Shown: piece after piece, positions 38,402 to 48,822 of the stretch | How positions within the stretch are numbered: position 1 is the stretch's first letter | Layout of the letters: each line of letters starts with the position of its first letter | IMG/VR virus record: IMGVR_UViG_3300037471_001331 | Direction: 5' to 3' (one strand) | Length of the DNA stretch: 64,000 nt | Source of the DNA: an uncultured virus (IMG/VR IMGVR_UViG_3300037471_001331) | Lineage: Duplodnaviria > Heunggongvirae > Uroviricota > Caudoviricetes | Position numbers and translations under genes: made by a program | Notes under the pieces: model-generated | The model's database searches: none | Seen by the model: the letters and a program-made list of their open reading frames with translations, nothing else | What the model was told of the DNA's origin: nothing

Positions 38402-38749
38402 GATCCAGATGCGGGCGTTGAAGCCGACCACTCCCGCCTGGAGGCCGACGCTGAACTGGGCGTAGCGCAGGGCCGAGCGCGGGTTCCGGTCGTAGATCTT
38501 TTCGAAGACGACGGCGTGGAGGGCGCCGATCGCGAGCTTGCCGGCGATGAGCTTGAAGGCGCTCGGGTGCTTGCCGAAGATCGGGTTGCCTTCCTCGCAG
38601 CGGTGCTGCTGCAGGCAGGTGATCGTCTCGGCGGCGTCGATCGCGGAGAGCGCCCAATAGGCGTGCTCCCAGTCGTGAGCGGGGTCGGCGAGGGCGGGGG
38701 TAGCGAGGGTGAGCGCCAGGGTGGCGCAAATTGCGCGGGTGATCTTCAT
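38396..38749 (-). CDS. Exported or membrane protein with D..T...E.NP motif
   Basis: Signal peptide (ATPALA), DAAET...EEGNPIFG...K pattern. Confidence 0.65.
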   Translation of the reverse strand: MKITRAICATLALTLATPALADPAHDWEHAYWALSAIDAAETITCLQQHRCEEGNPIFGKHPSAFKLIAGKLAIGALHAVVFEKIYDRNPRSALRYAQFSVGLQAGVVGFNARIWIK

Positions 38750-38761
38750 GTCGGGTGTTCC

Positions 38762-40810
38762 TTAGTCGGCGGAGGCGAAGATGATGTCGAAGCCCTGGAA
38801 GACCAGGTCACTGACGATTTGGGCGGCAAGTTTCGGGTCGCTCACCACGCCGTAGTTGCCGACGGCGGGGTGGTCTTCCCAAGTCGTTTCCCAATAATCG
38901 AGCGGGCGGGTGCTTTGGTTGGCGTCGGAGATCGGAGTGAAAATGAATTCGTTTGCGGCCGAGGTGACCACGAAGCCGATCCATCTCATCGGGATAGCCT
39001 TTCGGCGGTTGCGCGGGCGCGTAGTGCGGCGGCGCAGAGGGCGAGGGCGGCGGTTGCAGCATCGTCACATGACCCGATGATGCCGCGCTCGTCATCGATG
39101 TAGCAGCCCCACCGGCCGCCAACTCGAACGAAAATGAAGCGGCTAGCGCCCTCCGGCACCAGCGTCATTGCTGCGTCGAGAGAGGCGGTGAAGTGGGGAG
39201 CCGGTGGATTACGGTAGCTCGCCGTCTCTAGGTGATGGTATGTCCGCCCCTCGACGACAGCATGGATTTGCTTGCTCAGCTCGCGATCCGGCCCCGTCGC
39301 CTTCTCGCACCGCTCAGCCAATTCGAGCATCAGTCGGTTAAGCTGCGACGGAGAAGTCATCGTGAATTCCCTTCTTCTTGGCCTTGATCACGGCCTCGAT
39401 CAGCGCGTCGTTGCGGCTGTGGATCATGACGACGTTGCCCCGACGCTTGTCGGCGGACAGGTCGAGGTAGGTGCGGTGGCCCGTCATCAGATGAGGCCCG
39501 TTTCGTGGAGATACTGGCGGATGTTGTTGAGGACGTGGTCGAGCGGCACGCCCTCCACGTCGTTCATGCCGATGATCGCCTCGTAGCGAACACCGGCGCG
39601 GGCACACTCGGTGTAGCCCTCCTCGTAGTCACCGACCCGCTCGTCTTCGGGGAGTTGGCCAAGCTCGCGCGCAAACCGGCCGAGCCAGCAGAAGTGCGTG
39701 GCTTCGGGCCAGTAGGGGTTCGACGCCGGCGCCTCGGCCATGGCATATTTCATGTGGCAGTCGGGGTGCTGCTCGAAGAACTCGAAGGTCTTGAGCGCGG
39801 CGGTGCGGACGTCGGTCATTGGGCGATCGCCTTGTCGAGAAGGGCGAGGATCTCCGGGTGTTCGTGTTCGTCGTTGAAGTCGGACACGAACCGTCCGCCG
39901 AGGAGGTCCTGGAGCTTCGTGATTGCCGCCTTGGCGAGCGGGTGATTCTCAACGCGCGCGGTGTCGTCGAGGCCCTTTGTATTCCTCGGGATGGTCCCGC
40001 CGAGTTGCTCGTAAACGGCGCGGTCGATCGCGCCGAGCGTGCAGAAGCAATAGGCGTCGGTGTCGAACGGGCTGACTGCGCGGCCGGTGTTGTCGGTCGC
40101 GTACTCGTCCTGCGTCCAATGTTCGGGGTCGGCGATCAGTTCGCGGGCGCGAACGAGGATGGGAGTGGGGTCACGCATGGATCGGATCTCCAAAGGCTAG
40201 ACCGATCAGGAAGTCGGCTTCCTGCTCGGCCTCGTTGGGAACGCGGGCGTCGGCCATTGCACCGAGGGTGATGTGGCAGGCCTCGGCGAGGTTGAAGCGG
40301 GCTTGTTTCTGGAAGGTGCGCTTGGCGCGGCGGAGTTCGGCGGCGAGGTAGGGATTAATCATCGTATTTCGCTTTGAGCTCGGCGAGCTTGGCTCGCTCA
40401 GCGGCCTCGATGCGCTCGGCGCGCGCGGCTTTTCGCCGTTCGCGGTCTTGGCGGTTCTTCAGGCGCCGCTCGGCTTCATCGAGCTTACGCTGTTCGACCA
40501 TTGCGGCGATCTTGGCGTCGACCTCAGACGGGTGACAGCGGAGCAGCTCTTTCGGAATTTGAAACGAGCCGCGGTCGGTGCAGCCGAAGGAGTAAACCGA
40601 GCCCGTAAAGAGGACGTGATCGTTGTTCTCGTAGATGGACTCAACGTCGGTGTTGAGATCCATCTCGACGTAGCCGTTGAAGGTACCGGGCAGGCCGACC
40701 TTCAGCAGTTTGCGGCCGATTTCCTTGGCCACGGTTTCGGCTTCAGCCAGCAGGTTTTGTGCCTCTGAGTGAAGCTCGAGGTATCGTCGAATTGTGTCGA
40801 GGGGGCTCAT
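38762..40810 (-). CDS. Small early genes (38762-38989, 38986-39360, 39487-39819, 39816-40178, 40171-40362, 40355-40810)
   Basis: Coupled ORFs; 38986-39360 has the FTASLDAAMTLVPEG pattern; 39487 and 39816 look paralogous. Confidence 0.7.
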
Positions 40811-41316
40811 GACAAGTGTCCTAGGCTTCGCATTGAAACTGGAGGCTGCGATCCGCCCACGATGATGTGGTCGTGGATGGTGATACGCAGGTGTTTCGTG
40901 GCCTCGATCAGGTTGCGGGTGATGTGAATGTCCTGGGCGGACGGGGTCGGGTCGCCGCTCGGGTGGTTGTGGGCGAGGATCAGTGCGGCGGCGCCGAGGT
41001 CGAGTGCGCGGTGGATGAGATTGCGGACGTGGACCGGGCACTCGTCGATGGTCCCGCGGCTGTGGACTTCGTCCGCGATCAGGTGGTTCTTGCTGTCGAG
41101 GAAGAGGACGCGGACCTCTTCTTGTTGGAGCGCGACGAGCTTGGCCTTGAGATAGTCGAGCAACGCGGCCCAGTTGTTGAGGACTGGGCGGTCGTCGAAC
41201 TTTCGCTTCAGCAGCATCGCAAGCATGGTGCTGTGATGCTTGATATCGGCGTCGAGACGACGATCGCGGACGCGAGCGAGCTCGAGGGGCGGGGCGTAGG
41301 GGCTGGGCTCAGGCAC
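40807..41316 (-). CDS. radC: RadC-like JAB/MPN domain protein
   Basis: EEVRVLFLD, GTID, AHNHPSGDPTPSAQD, DHIIVG. Confidence 0.93.
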   Translation of the reverse strand: MPEPSPYAPPLELARVRDRRLDADIKHHSTMLAMLLKRKFDDRPVLNNWAALLDYLKAKLVALQQEEVRVLFLDSKNHLIADEVHSRGTIDECPVHVRNLIHRALDLGAAALILAHNHPSGDPTPSAQDIHITRNLIEATKHLRITIHDHIIVGGSQPPVSMRSLGHLS

Positions 41317-43627
41317 CGATCGCCTCCCTGACCCGGCGTCGGGCTTGCTCTTCGCCGACGTTGATCCCGAGCTCGCGGCCGGCGTCGAATGCACGGGCGA
41401 TCAGGGGGAGAACCTGTTTCGCGGCGTCGACCTGGCTCCGATCGACGAGGATCAGCGCGTTGCCGTCGACGTCGTAGATCCAGGCGTTGCCGTTGCCGAG
41501 GCTGTCGGCGATGAGCGAGAACTCGTCGTGGACGGCGAGGATATCCTGGTTCACGGCAGCACTGCCGTGTTGAGGCCGTACTGCCGGGCGAACACGCGGG
41601 CGTCGCTGATGAACGCATCCAGGCTCTCGTCATCGCGGGCGCAGGCGTCGTGGATCTCCTGGAGGGCCTGGAGGAACCGCAGATCCTCTTCGTCCGGGTT
41701 GCCGAGGGCATCGACGATGCTTGCCGCGTAGGCCAGCTTGCCTTCCATGGTGATGTCATATTTGTCGTCGGGGATCAGCTGACCGACGGCGCAGCGGCAG
41801 GGAGCGGTCGCGTAGCAGACCTCGGGTGGATAATCCGCGAGCGGACGGGCGGCTTTGGCATCGGGGTCGAACCGGTAGCAACAACTCCCGTCGCGGACGG
41901 CGAAGCGGCCCTGCTTGATGATGCCGGTGACGGCGCGGTCGAAGGCGTCTTGGCGATTGAAGGTCATTTGACGGGTATTCCTTTCCGTTCGATCTGGCGG
42001 CGTTGCTGCCTGGACAGCTTCTGGCCGTTGGTGGGGTCGATGCCCTTGTCGTAGGATTCGACGCGGGCGATCTCGCGGCGGTTGCGCTCGCGATTAGCCT
42101 TGGCGATGCGCTCGCGGCGCTCTTTGGCGCGTTCTTCGTCGGTCTCGAGCTCACGAAGCGCGCTGGTCGGGGCGTAGCCCGAGGCAAGCGTGCCGGCGAT
42201 TGCGAGGGCGGCGATCAGGTCGCGTCTCACGCGGCCCTCCCAACGAGACCGATCTCGTAGTTGCGCTCGCCGTTGTGGGTGCCGCGGTAGCGCAGCGTGG
42301 CGATGCGGAATTTGCCGCGGGTGACCCGGCCGGTTTCGAACGAGAGCTCGAACGAGCGCTTGGCTCGGGACAGGGCGAGGTCGATGGCATCGTTCTCGGC
42401 GCGGGTGCCGGTGAAGATGCCGTTGGCGACCAGGTGGATATGGCCGTCGTCGATGTCCTCGTAGGCGACCTTGAGGCCGGCGATGGTCTGGTAGGTGTTG
42501 GGAGCGATCTGCTCCTTGAGAAGAACTGCGGTCATTTGATGGGCACTCCGGTCAGGAAGTCGAAGTCGGTCTGGTTGCGCCACCGCATGACTTTGTGGCG
42601 GGTGACGCCGAGCAGGGCGGCGACCTCGCGGTCGATCATGGGCGAGGCTTTGAGCCACATCTGTGCGTAGAGCGGCACGGCCTCGCGGTAGGTGGGCGGC
42701 GTGGCTTTGAGCATGAGCCAGGCGTCGTCCTCAGTGATGGACTCGGCGTTCTGGCGGGCGAGATCATGCTGCTCGCTGGTGGCGTTGCGGACGGCGTATT
42801 TGAGGTAGCCCTTCTGAACTGTGTTCAGGTTCGCGGCGACGATCACCCAGCGGAGGGGAATCCCAGGCGTGATGGCGACCACGACGAGGTCGTGGAGGTT
42901 GGTGCGCTTGGGTTTCCCCTCGAGGATGCCGGCGTCGTTGTTCAATGGGCCAGCGCCAGGTTGATGATGCGGCGCTCGATCTTGAGAACCATCGCCTTCC
43001 CGCGACCGAGGCGGCGGACGATCTCTTCGGTCGTCAGCGTCGGATAGCGGGCGGCTTCGAGCACGTCGTACATCTTGTTGGCGTGGACGGCGAAGCCTTC
43101 GGCGTCGCCAATACGACCGCAACGCAGGGCCTGGTTGGCCTGCCAGTGTGCGAGGTTCGCGGCCTGATCGATAGTCAGGGCCGGGATCAGTGTCGTGTTC
43201 ATGGCAAAGTTCTCCCGTGGCGCGGAATCGCGCTTTTGAGGGTTGATGTTTGGGTGCCCGTCCGGGCCGGTGATCGATTTGTTGGACTAACTTGCGCCGT
43301 CGATCATCAGCGCGTTGAGGAAGTGACTAGGTCACATGCAAAGTGCGACCAGGTTGAAAATCACGCCGGCGATCAGCCCCACAGTCAGGGAAAAGGCGGC
43401 GATCTCGAATTTTGCGCGGCCGATCATTTGGCGCGGCCGATCTTCGAAGCCGCACCCCAGACCAGGGTGAGGCCGATGAAGATGAGGGTGAAGAAGGTGA
43501 GCCAGACGGCGTTGATCGCGCCGGGGTCGGCACCGTGGGGTGGTTGGAAGTAGGCACTCCCGAAGACGCCGGTGGCGATGGACAAGCAGCCGGTGAGGCC
43601 GCAGGTGATGTTGACGACGAGGCGCAT
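41309..43627 (-). CDS. Small early genes (41309-41554, 41551-41967, 41964-42230, 42227-42535, 42532-42945 with C-terminal HTH, 42942-43202, 43424-43627)
   Basis: Coupled ORFs; DREVAALLGVTRHKVMRWR HTH in 42532-42945. Confidence 0.7.
43321..43337. promoter_or_regulatory. Operator-like palindrome, copy 11 (AAGTGACTAGGTCACAT)
   Basis: One mismatch to consensus. Confidence 0.8.
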
Positions 43628-43666
43628 GACGAGTGCTCCTTTCGTTGATGATTTTCCGATTTCGCG

Positions 43667-43916
43667 CTTATGAGAAATTTTTTGAAGTGACTTGGTCACT
43701 TCTAGTCCTAGGACCCCTATATATATAATTTTTTCTTCTTCTTCTTAAGACGAATGAATTAATAATAGAGAGGGGTAGGGACAGTTATTTGACCAATACT
43801 TGGGGTTTTCGGAGGGGTTGTCGCCCTCCCCAACGCAGCAAATTCCACCAACAAGTGGTAAAATCCGCTAACCCGGCCCACAAGTGACCAGGTCACTTCA
43901 AAAAATTTCTCATAAG
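43667..43916. repeat. 35-bp inverted repeat (operator copies 12 and 13) flanking an AT-rich core; putative origin or control region
   Basis: CTTATGAGAAATTTTTTGAAGTGACTTGGTCACTT (43667-43701) versus its reverse complement at 43882-43916, one mismatch; core contains CCCCTATATATATAATTTTTTCTTCTT. Confidence 0.85.
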
Positions 43917-44303
43917 GCCAAACTCGGCTTTACAGCCCGACCGTCGCCAGATCCTCGGCCACGCTGATGCCGTGGACGTGATCCTCATGGACTGCCCAGG
44001 CGACGTAGCTTGCGGCGAGCCCGATCTGGGCGACGATCAGCGCGACGCCGATCGCGTCCTTGCGGCGCCGGCGATCGCGGGCGCGCTTCACGCGAACCTC
44101 GGGCTGAGCGTTCCGGCAATCCGGTTCATCGGAACCTGGACTTGGCGCTTCTCGAGCTTGGCCTGAAAGCGGCGCTCGACGATAACGCGGTCATTGCGGA
44201 CAATGCGGGTCATGGTGACAAACTCCTTTTGTGGCGCGGACGAACGGAAACAGCCCCGACGCGCGCCGCGCCGAGGCTGTTGGTGAATTCTGCTAACCTT
44301 TGG

Positions 44304-44792
44304 TCAGAGCGCGATAGCGCCCAGCTCCAACTCGGCGGCGGCTTTCCAGTCGCCTAGGTCGCGCTTCGCCTGAATTCGGGCGCGGCGCTGTTCGCGCTCC
44401 AGCCGCTGCAAGTCTCCGGCAATGCGGCGCGGGTCAAATTCGCTTAACGGCTTGTCCTGAACCGGCCTAATCACCACGACCGGCGGTTCGGGCGGCGGCG
44501 GGACAGCCGCAACCCGATCCTCTTCCAGCCGCAGCGCTTTGTCCAAGCGGCGAATTTGCCACAAAGTGTCGCGCTGCGCCTTGCGCTTGGCCTCTTCCGG
44601 CGTCGGCTCGCGGGCAATTCGCTTAATCTCCCGATATTCGAGCTGGCACGGGCGCAAGCGCTTGTTTTCCTTTCGCGCCCGGCGGTTAGGCTCGCCTAGC
44701 TCCTGCTGTTCGCGCGGGGTTATCCACGGGTTCCCCATGCGCTCGAATTGCGCGGGGTTGCTGTCAAAGCCTTGGACATGGGCGCGGGACAT
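44304..44792 (-). CDS. Hypothetical basic protein
   Basis: 162 aa ORF with GGAG SD. Confidence 0.65.
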   Translation of the reverse strand: MSRAHVQGFDSNPAQFERMGNPWITPREQQELGEPNRRARKENKRLRPCQLEYREIKRIAREPTPEEAKRKAQRDTLWQIRRLDKALRLEEDRVAAVPPPPEPPVVVIRPVQDKPLSEFDPRRIAGDLQRLEREQRRARIQAKRDLGDWKAAAELELGAIAL

Positions 44793-44850
44793 AAGCGGAC
44801 ACTCCGTTGTCGGTTATTAGGGCGGCGAAGGGGAGACGCCGCCCGAATAA

Positions 44851-44884
44851 CCGGCGGAATTGGGGAATTCCCCAATTCCGCCGG
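44851..44884. repeat. Perfect 34-bp palindrome
   Basis: CCGGCGGAATTGGGGAA|TTCCCCAATTCCGCCGG; core TGGGGAATTCCCCA recurs at 45594-45607. Confidence 0.9.
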
Positions 44885-44891
44885 AAGTCAG

Positions 44892-45563
44892 TTAGCCGTT
44901 CGTGCCGGTGCGGAGCGTCTCGGCCGCCGCAAGGCGATCATAAACGCCCTTCACCGCGTCGAGCATCGCGGCGAGCGCCTTGTCGGCGTCGTCGTCCGCC
45001 AGAAGCGAAACGTCGGCATCGGCAATTTCCAGCGCAAGCGCTTCGATACGCTCCGCCAGTGTCGGCTCGCCGTCCGCTTCCATGCCCTCTTTCGGCTCGC
45101 CTTCGTCGCCGCCAAGCGCCTTCGCCGCGTCGCGCGCCGCTGCCGCCTTCACGGCTTGCAGATGCTTCTTCAGCGGGAAGAGCTTGAAGGCTCCACGCTT
45201 GTTAAGGACAAAGTCAGTGACAGCTTCGCTGTCCACGCTCATGTTGTCGAAGACGTAAAAGATTGCTTCGAGCGTGGAGCGTGCGCCCTCGCCACCGCGT
45301 GCGCTGCGGAGCGAGGAGACGGAGACGCCGCAAGCGGCCTTCTCGCTTTCCTTCGGCTCGCTCGGCTTGCCGTTCGCGCCCTTGGGCTCGAATTCGTCAT
45401 AGACCGAAACCGCCAAGGTCAGCGGCGACAGCGCCTCAGTGATGAGCGCGGCAAGCGAGACGCGAGCGAAGCTGTCGCCTTTGCCTTCCGCGTTCCGCAT
45501 GGCGTTGCCGAAAGCACGCTTGTCGGCAGCAAAGGTCTCAGCGTTGAACGTAACTTCAGTCAT
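44892..45563 (-). CDS. Hypothetical Ala/Glu-rich early protein
   Basis: Start MTEVTF with GAAGGA SD. Confidence 0.7.
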   Translation of the reverse strand: MTEVTFNAETFAADKRAFGNAMRNAEGKGDSFARVSLAALITEALSPLTLAVSVYDEFEPKGANGKPSEPKESEKAACGVSVSSLRSARGGEGARSTLEAIFYVFDNMSVDSEAVTDFVLNKRGAFKLFPLKKHLQAVKAAAARDAAKALGGDEGEPKEGMEADGEPTLAERIEALALEIADADVSLLADDDADKALAAMLDAVKGVYDRLAAAETLRTGTNG

Positions 45564-45942
45564 GGGTTTATTCCTTCCGTTGCTTTGATGAACTGGGGAA
45601 TTCCCCAGATGGAGCGCCGTAACGCGGGCAAGCGCCCTCATCCCCGCCGGCTGGCGAGGACAAAGAGGGGCTGTTCGCCCAGAGAGGACGTTTCGTCGTT
45701 CCATGGTCACAAGGTAGGGCAGCCACCCAGGTAGAATAGTAAAACTTAAGTAGAACAGCTAACACAGTGATGTTGAGCAAAAATGGCAGTTTTCCGGGAA
45801 GGGTAGCACGCTTTTTGTGCTGGAAGGCTCCCTCATGAGACAGATCATCCCGAAAATGCGCCGGGGTAATTTTCCGAAAAACGCTAATCCACAGGCACAA
45901 AAAGGGCGCCAGAACCGTGTCCTGACGCCCGATTTTGTTCAA

Positions 45943-46203
45943 TTACCTGCACATTTGCGCGAGATTTGGTCCTAAACCACGCCCAAGAGCCTCAATTTCG
46001 CTCAGTTTTACTACAAATTCGCGCCGGGAGAGCTCAATCGCGCCAATTCCGAGCGCCCAGGGCCGTTTCTTAGGGTCGAGCATGATCGGCCAGTCGACCT
46101 CGACCTTCAGCCGGAAACAGGCCTCCTCCAGCTCCTCGGGAGTGTCCGCGATCAGCTGGCACATGGTGTAGGGGCCAACGTAGAGGCTCATTCGGGCCTC
46201 CAT
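45943..46203 (-). CDS. Hypothetical protein (DUF4031-like MC.L.ADT.EEL pattern)
   Basis: 86 aa ORF downstream of the primase. Confidence 0.5.
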   Translation of the reverse strand: MEARMSLYVGPYTMCQLIADTPEELEEACFRLKVEVDWPIMLDPKKRPWALGIGAIELSRREFVVKLSEIEALGRGLGPNLAQMCR

Positions 46204-46222
46204 TCGTCGACCTCGACACCCT

Positions 46223-48670
46223 TCAAGCCGTACGGGAACATGGATCCACCACCTTCAGCCCGGCGACCTTGTCCCGGGTAACTCGCATTTCGTCGCGGTA
46301 TTCGGTGACCGCCAGGCCGAGGCCCTCGAGCATCACCTTGAAGCGCTCGTAAGTGACACCCATGCCGCGCGAGACCTCCTTCATGTAGAAGATGTACTGG
46401 TCAAAGACCGCGCGGCAGTCGGCCTCGCTCGCCTCGTCCGGACGGACCCTCTCGCAGCTCTGCAGGAACGCGGCGACGGAGTTGTTTGACCGAAGGATCA
46501 GGTTCTCGAGCCGGCGATGCGACGCCGGCAGCGTGAACTCGCGCTGCGCCAGAAGCCGCTTCAGGCCCTCGACCACCCAGGCCGCGATCGCCTCGCGCTC
46601 CTCGGCGATGACGACGTCGGAGAAGTTGAGGATCCGCTCGGACTCGGGGACCTTGCGCTTGAACTCGAAAATGAGCCAGCGGCGGGTGAAGCCGTCGGTG
46701 TCGTCGCGCGTCCGCGGCAAGTGGTTCGAGGCGAACCAGTGCGCCGCGATTGGCGAGAAGCTGAACCCGTCCTTGCCCTTATACTCGGTGTGCTGCGGCT
46801 CGCCGCAGACCACGCCCTTGAAGCGATCGCCGGCGATCATCGCCTGTTCGGGAAGCTCGCCGCAGACGTTCAAGACCTTCCCGATCATCGCGGTCAGGTC
46901 GAACCGCTCGCCCCACTTGTGCGGCGGCACCGCACAGACCGCGTTCGTCGGCATCATCGCGTGCAGGATTTCGAGCAGCTGTGACTTGCCGGTGCCACCC
47001 TTGCCGTAGAGCAGGAAGGCGCGCTGATACCTCGGCGCGATGCCGAACATCGTCGCCGCCATGGCCTCCTGCAGCGCGTTGACCTTCTCGTCATAGTCGA
47101 GATCGTCGCCCCAGGCCTGTTCGAGCATGCCGAGGAAGCGGTGGCACTCGTGCTGCCGCGCGGGGATGTAGTTGAACGGCATGGTGAACGTCTTGCCGAA
47201 GGTCGGCGAGTGCTCGTGCAAAGCCCCATTCATGTCGAGGAAGCCGTTGGCGAAGTTCACGCCGAGCTCCGGGTTCTCCTCGAGCTTCCCGTCGGTCAGG
47301 ATGGCGATGGTCTTGACGATCGCGACATAATCGTTGTGGCGCTTGGCGAGCTTGTTGCCCTTCACCCGCTCGGCGACATGCTTGTAGATCACCGCGTCGT
47401 CGAGCTGCTCGTGGCACGAGCCGTTCCACTGCCAGAAGGAGCCCTGGTAGTGACACAGCTGCCCGCCGCGGCCGATCTCCTCGATCACCTGGCGGGCGAT
47501 CGCCTCGTGATCGTCGGCGGTCTCCTCGTCGCCCCCGCCGGCACGCTCGGCCGCGAACATCTTCTTGATCATCGGGCGCGACAGCTTGGCGCCGTCGCCC
47601 AGCGCCCGCAGGATCTCGGGAATGAGGGCGTCATATTCGAACTCGTCGAACTGTTCGTCCCGGGCGACCTTGGAGACCAGCTCGCGGACCTTCTGCAGCG
47701 CCCAGCGGTCGTCGCCGACCTTCATGTTGACCTGCTCGATCAACCACTCGCGGGCGCGGACCAGGTCCCAGCGCTCGGCCTGGTTCTTCTCGGCGATCGC
47801 GGCGATCGTCGGATGCGCGAGCTGCTCCTCGGTGAGCCCCGCATCCCACCCCTCGGGCAGGGTCCGACCGCCCTCGATATCACGAAGGAGGAATTCCAAG
47901 AGCTTGGCGATGCCCTTCTGCGGGTCCATGTCGTCGCCCGCGACCCGGGCGGTGAAGTTCTGCACCCAGTGCTGCATGTGCTGCATGCCCTCGAGCAGCG
48001 AGGGGCGAAAATTCTTGTCCATGCCGAAGACGCATCGGGCGAGGTAGCCCGCGTGGCGGACCAGCTGGATGTCGCGCTCGCCGGCCGGGACCACGTCCAA
48101 TGGCTTCGAGCGGCCCTCGTGCGAGAGCGAGACGCCCTTGATGCCGAGTGCGTCGCGCAGCTTCTGCTCGATGTCCACGCCCAGCGACGGGATCTTGTCC
48201 ATCACGTCCCACAGATCGCAGGTCGCGGTGTAGGCTTCGCCCGTGTCGGGGTGGATCGAGGGCGGAAGGACCAGCTGGTTGCCGAGGCCGAGGAACTCGC
48301 AGATCATCCCGTCGTCGGACCTGATCTTGAAGTTCTTCTGGCCCTGCCACTTGAAGACCAGCGCGCAGCCCTTCTTGCCGACGCGGCGCCATGGGGTCTG
48401 CGGCAGGCAGTCCTCGATGATCTTCACCAGCTCTTCGTCGGTGGTGTCGATATCGATCGCGCAAAGGCCGGAGGCGGGGCCGAAGGGCAGGCCGATGTTG
48501 GACCGCGGGTATTCGGTCAACCAGTGGTCACGCACCGCGGCGGACGGCATGTTGGTGCCATACTGGGTCCACTCCGAAAGGATCGGAGCCTTCGACTTGA
48601 TCTTGAGTGGCATGGCGGGGATGCCCGCCTCCCAGTAGAGAGGCGCGAAGTCGCGGAAAATGCTGGACAT
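46223..48670 (-). CDS. Primase-polymerase (Prim-Pol) fused to D5/P4-type SF3 helicase
   Basis: N-terminal NIGL...AIDID...VLPPSIHP; C-terminal FANG.LD, GKGGTGKS, ASNHLP, GFTRRW. Confidence 0.93.
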   Translation of the reverse strand: MSSIFRDFAPLYWEAGIPAMPLKIKSKAPILSEWTQYGTNMPSAAVRDHWLTEYPRSNIGLPFGPASGLCAIDIDTTDEELVKIIEDCLPQTPWRRVGKKGCALVFKWQGQKNFKIRSDDGMICEFLGLGNQLVLPPSIHPDTGEAYTATCDLWDVMDKIPSLGVDIEQKLRDALGIKGVSLSHEGRSKPLDVVPAGERDIQLVRHAGYLARCVFGMDKNFRPSLLEGMQHMQHWVQNFTARVAGDDMDPQKGIAKLLEFLLRDIEGGRTLPEGWDAGLTEEQLAHPTIAAIAEKNQAERWDLVRAREWLIEQVNMKVGDDRWALQKVRELVSKVARDEQFDEFEYDALIPEILRALGDGAKLSRPMIKKMFAAERAGGGDEETADDHEAIARQVIEEIGRGGQLCHYQGSFWQWNGSCHEQLDDAVIYKHVAERVKGNKLAKRHNDYVAIVKTIAILTDGKLEENPELGVNFANGFLDMNGALHEHSPTFGKTFTMPFNYIPARQHECHRFLGMLEQAWGDDLDYDEKVNALQEAMAATMFGIAPRYQRAFLLYGKGGTGKSQLLEILHAMMPTNAVCAVPPHKWGERFDLTAMIGKVLNVCGELPEQAMIAGDRFKGVVCGEPQHTEYKGKDGFSFSPIAAHWFASNHLPRTRDDTDGFTRRWLIFEFKRKVPESERILNFSDVVIAEEREAIAAWVVEGLKRLLAQREFTLPASHRRLENLILRSNNSVAAFLQSCERVRPDEASEADCRAVFDQYIFYMKEVSRGMGVTYERFKVMLEGLGLAVTEYRDEMRVTRDKVAGLKVVDPCSRTA

Positions 48671-48822
48671 TACTTATCCTTGATCAGGGTGGTGACGGTC
48701 CCGCTGTGCGAGACGTAAAAGCGGTAGGTTTCGAGCCAGACGGTGGTCCCGTCGCTGAGCCAGACGGGGAACCAGGCGAAGGCCGTGTGCCAGCCTTCGA
48801 AGGGGTTGGTGCGCCACCTCAA
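48670..48822 (-). CDS. Small hypothetical protein
   Basis: WHTAFAWFPV...VWLE pattern; TTGA and TAATG coupling. Confidence 0.6.
   Translation of the reverse strand: MRWRTNPFEGWHTAFAWFPVWLSDGTTVWLETYRFYVSHSGTVTTLIKDK

Noticed and set aside
44851..44884. Protelomerase (telRL) site of a linear plasmid prophage
   Set aside because: No protelomerase or partition genes in the window, and a tRNA-targeting integrase with attP is present; cannot be fully excluded for the unseen genome part.
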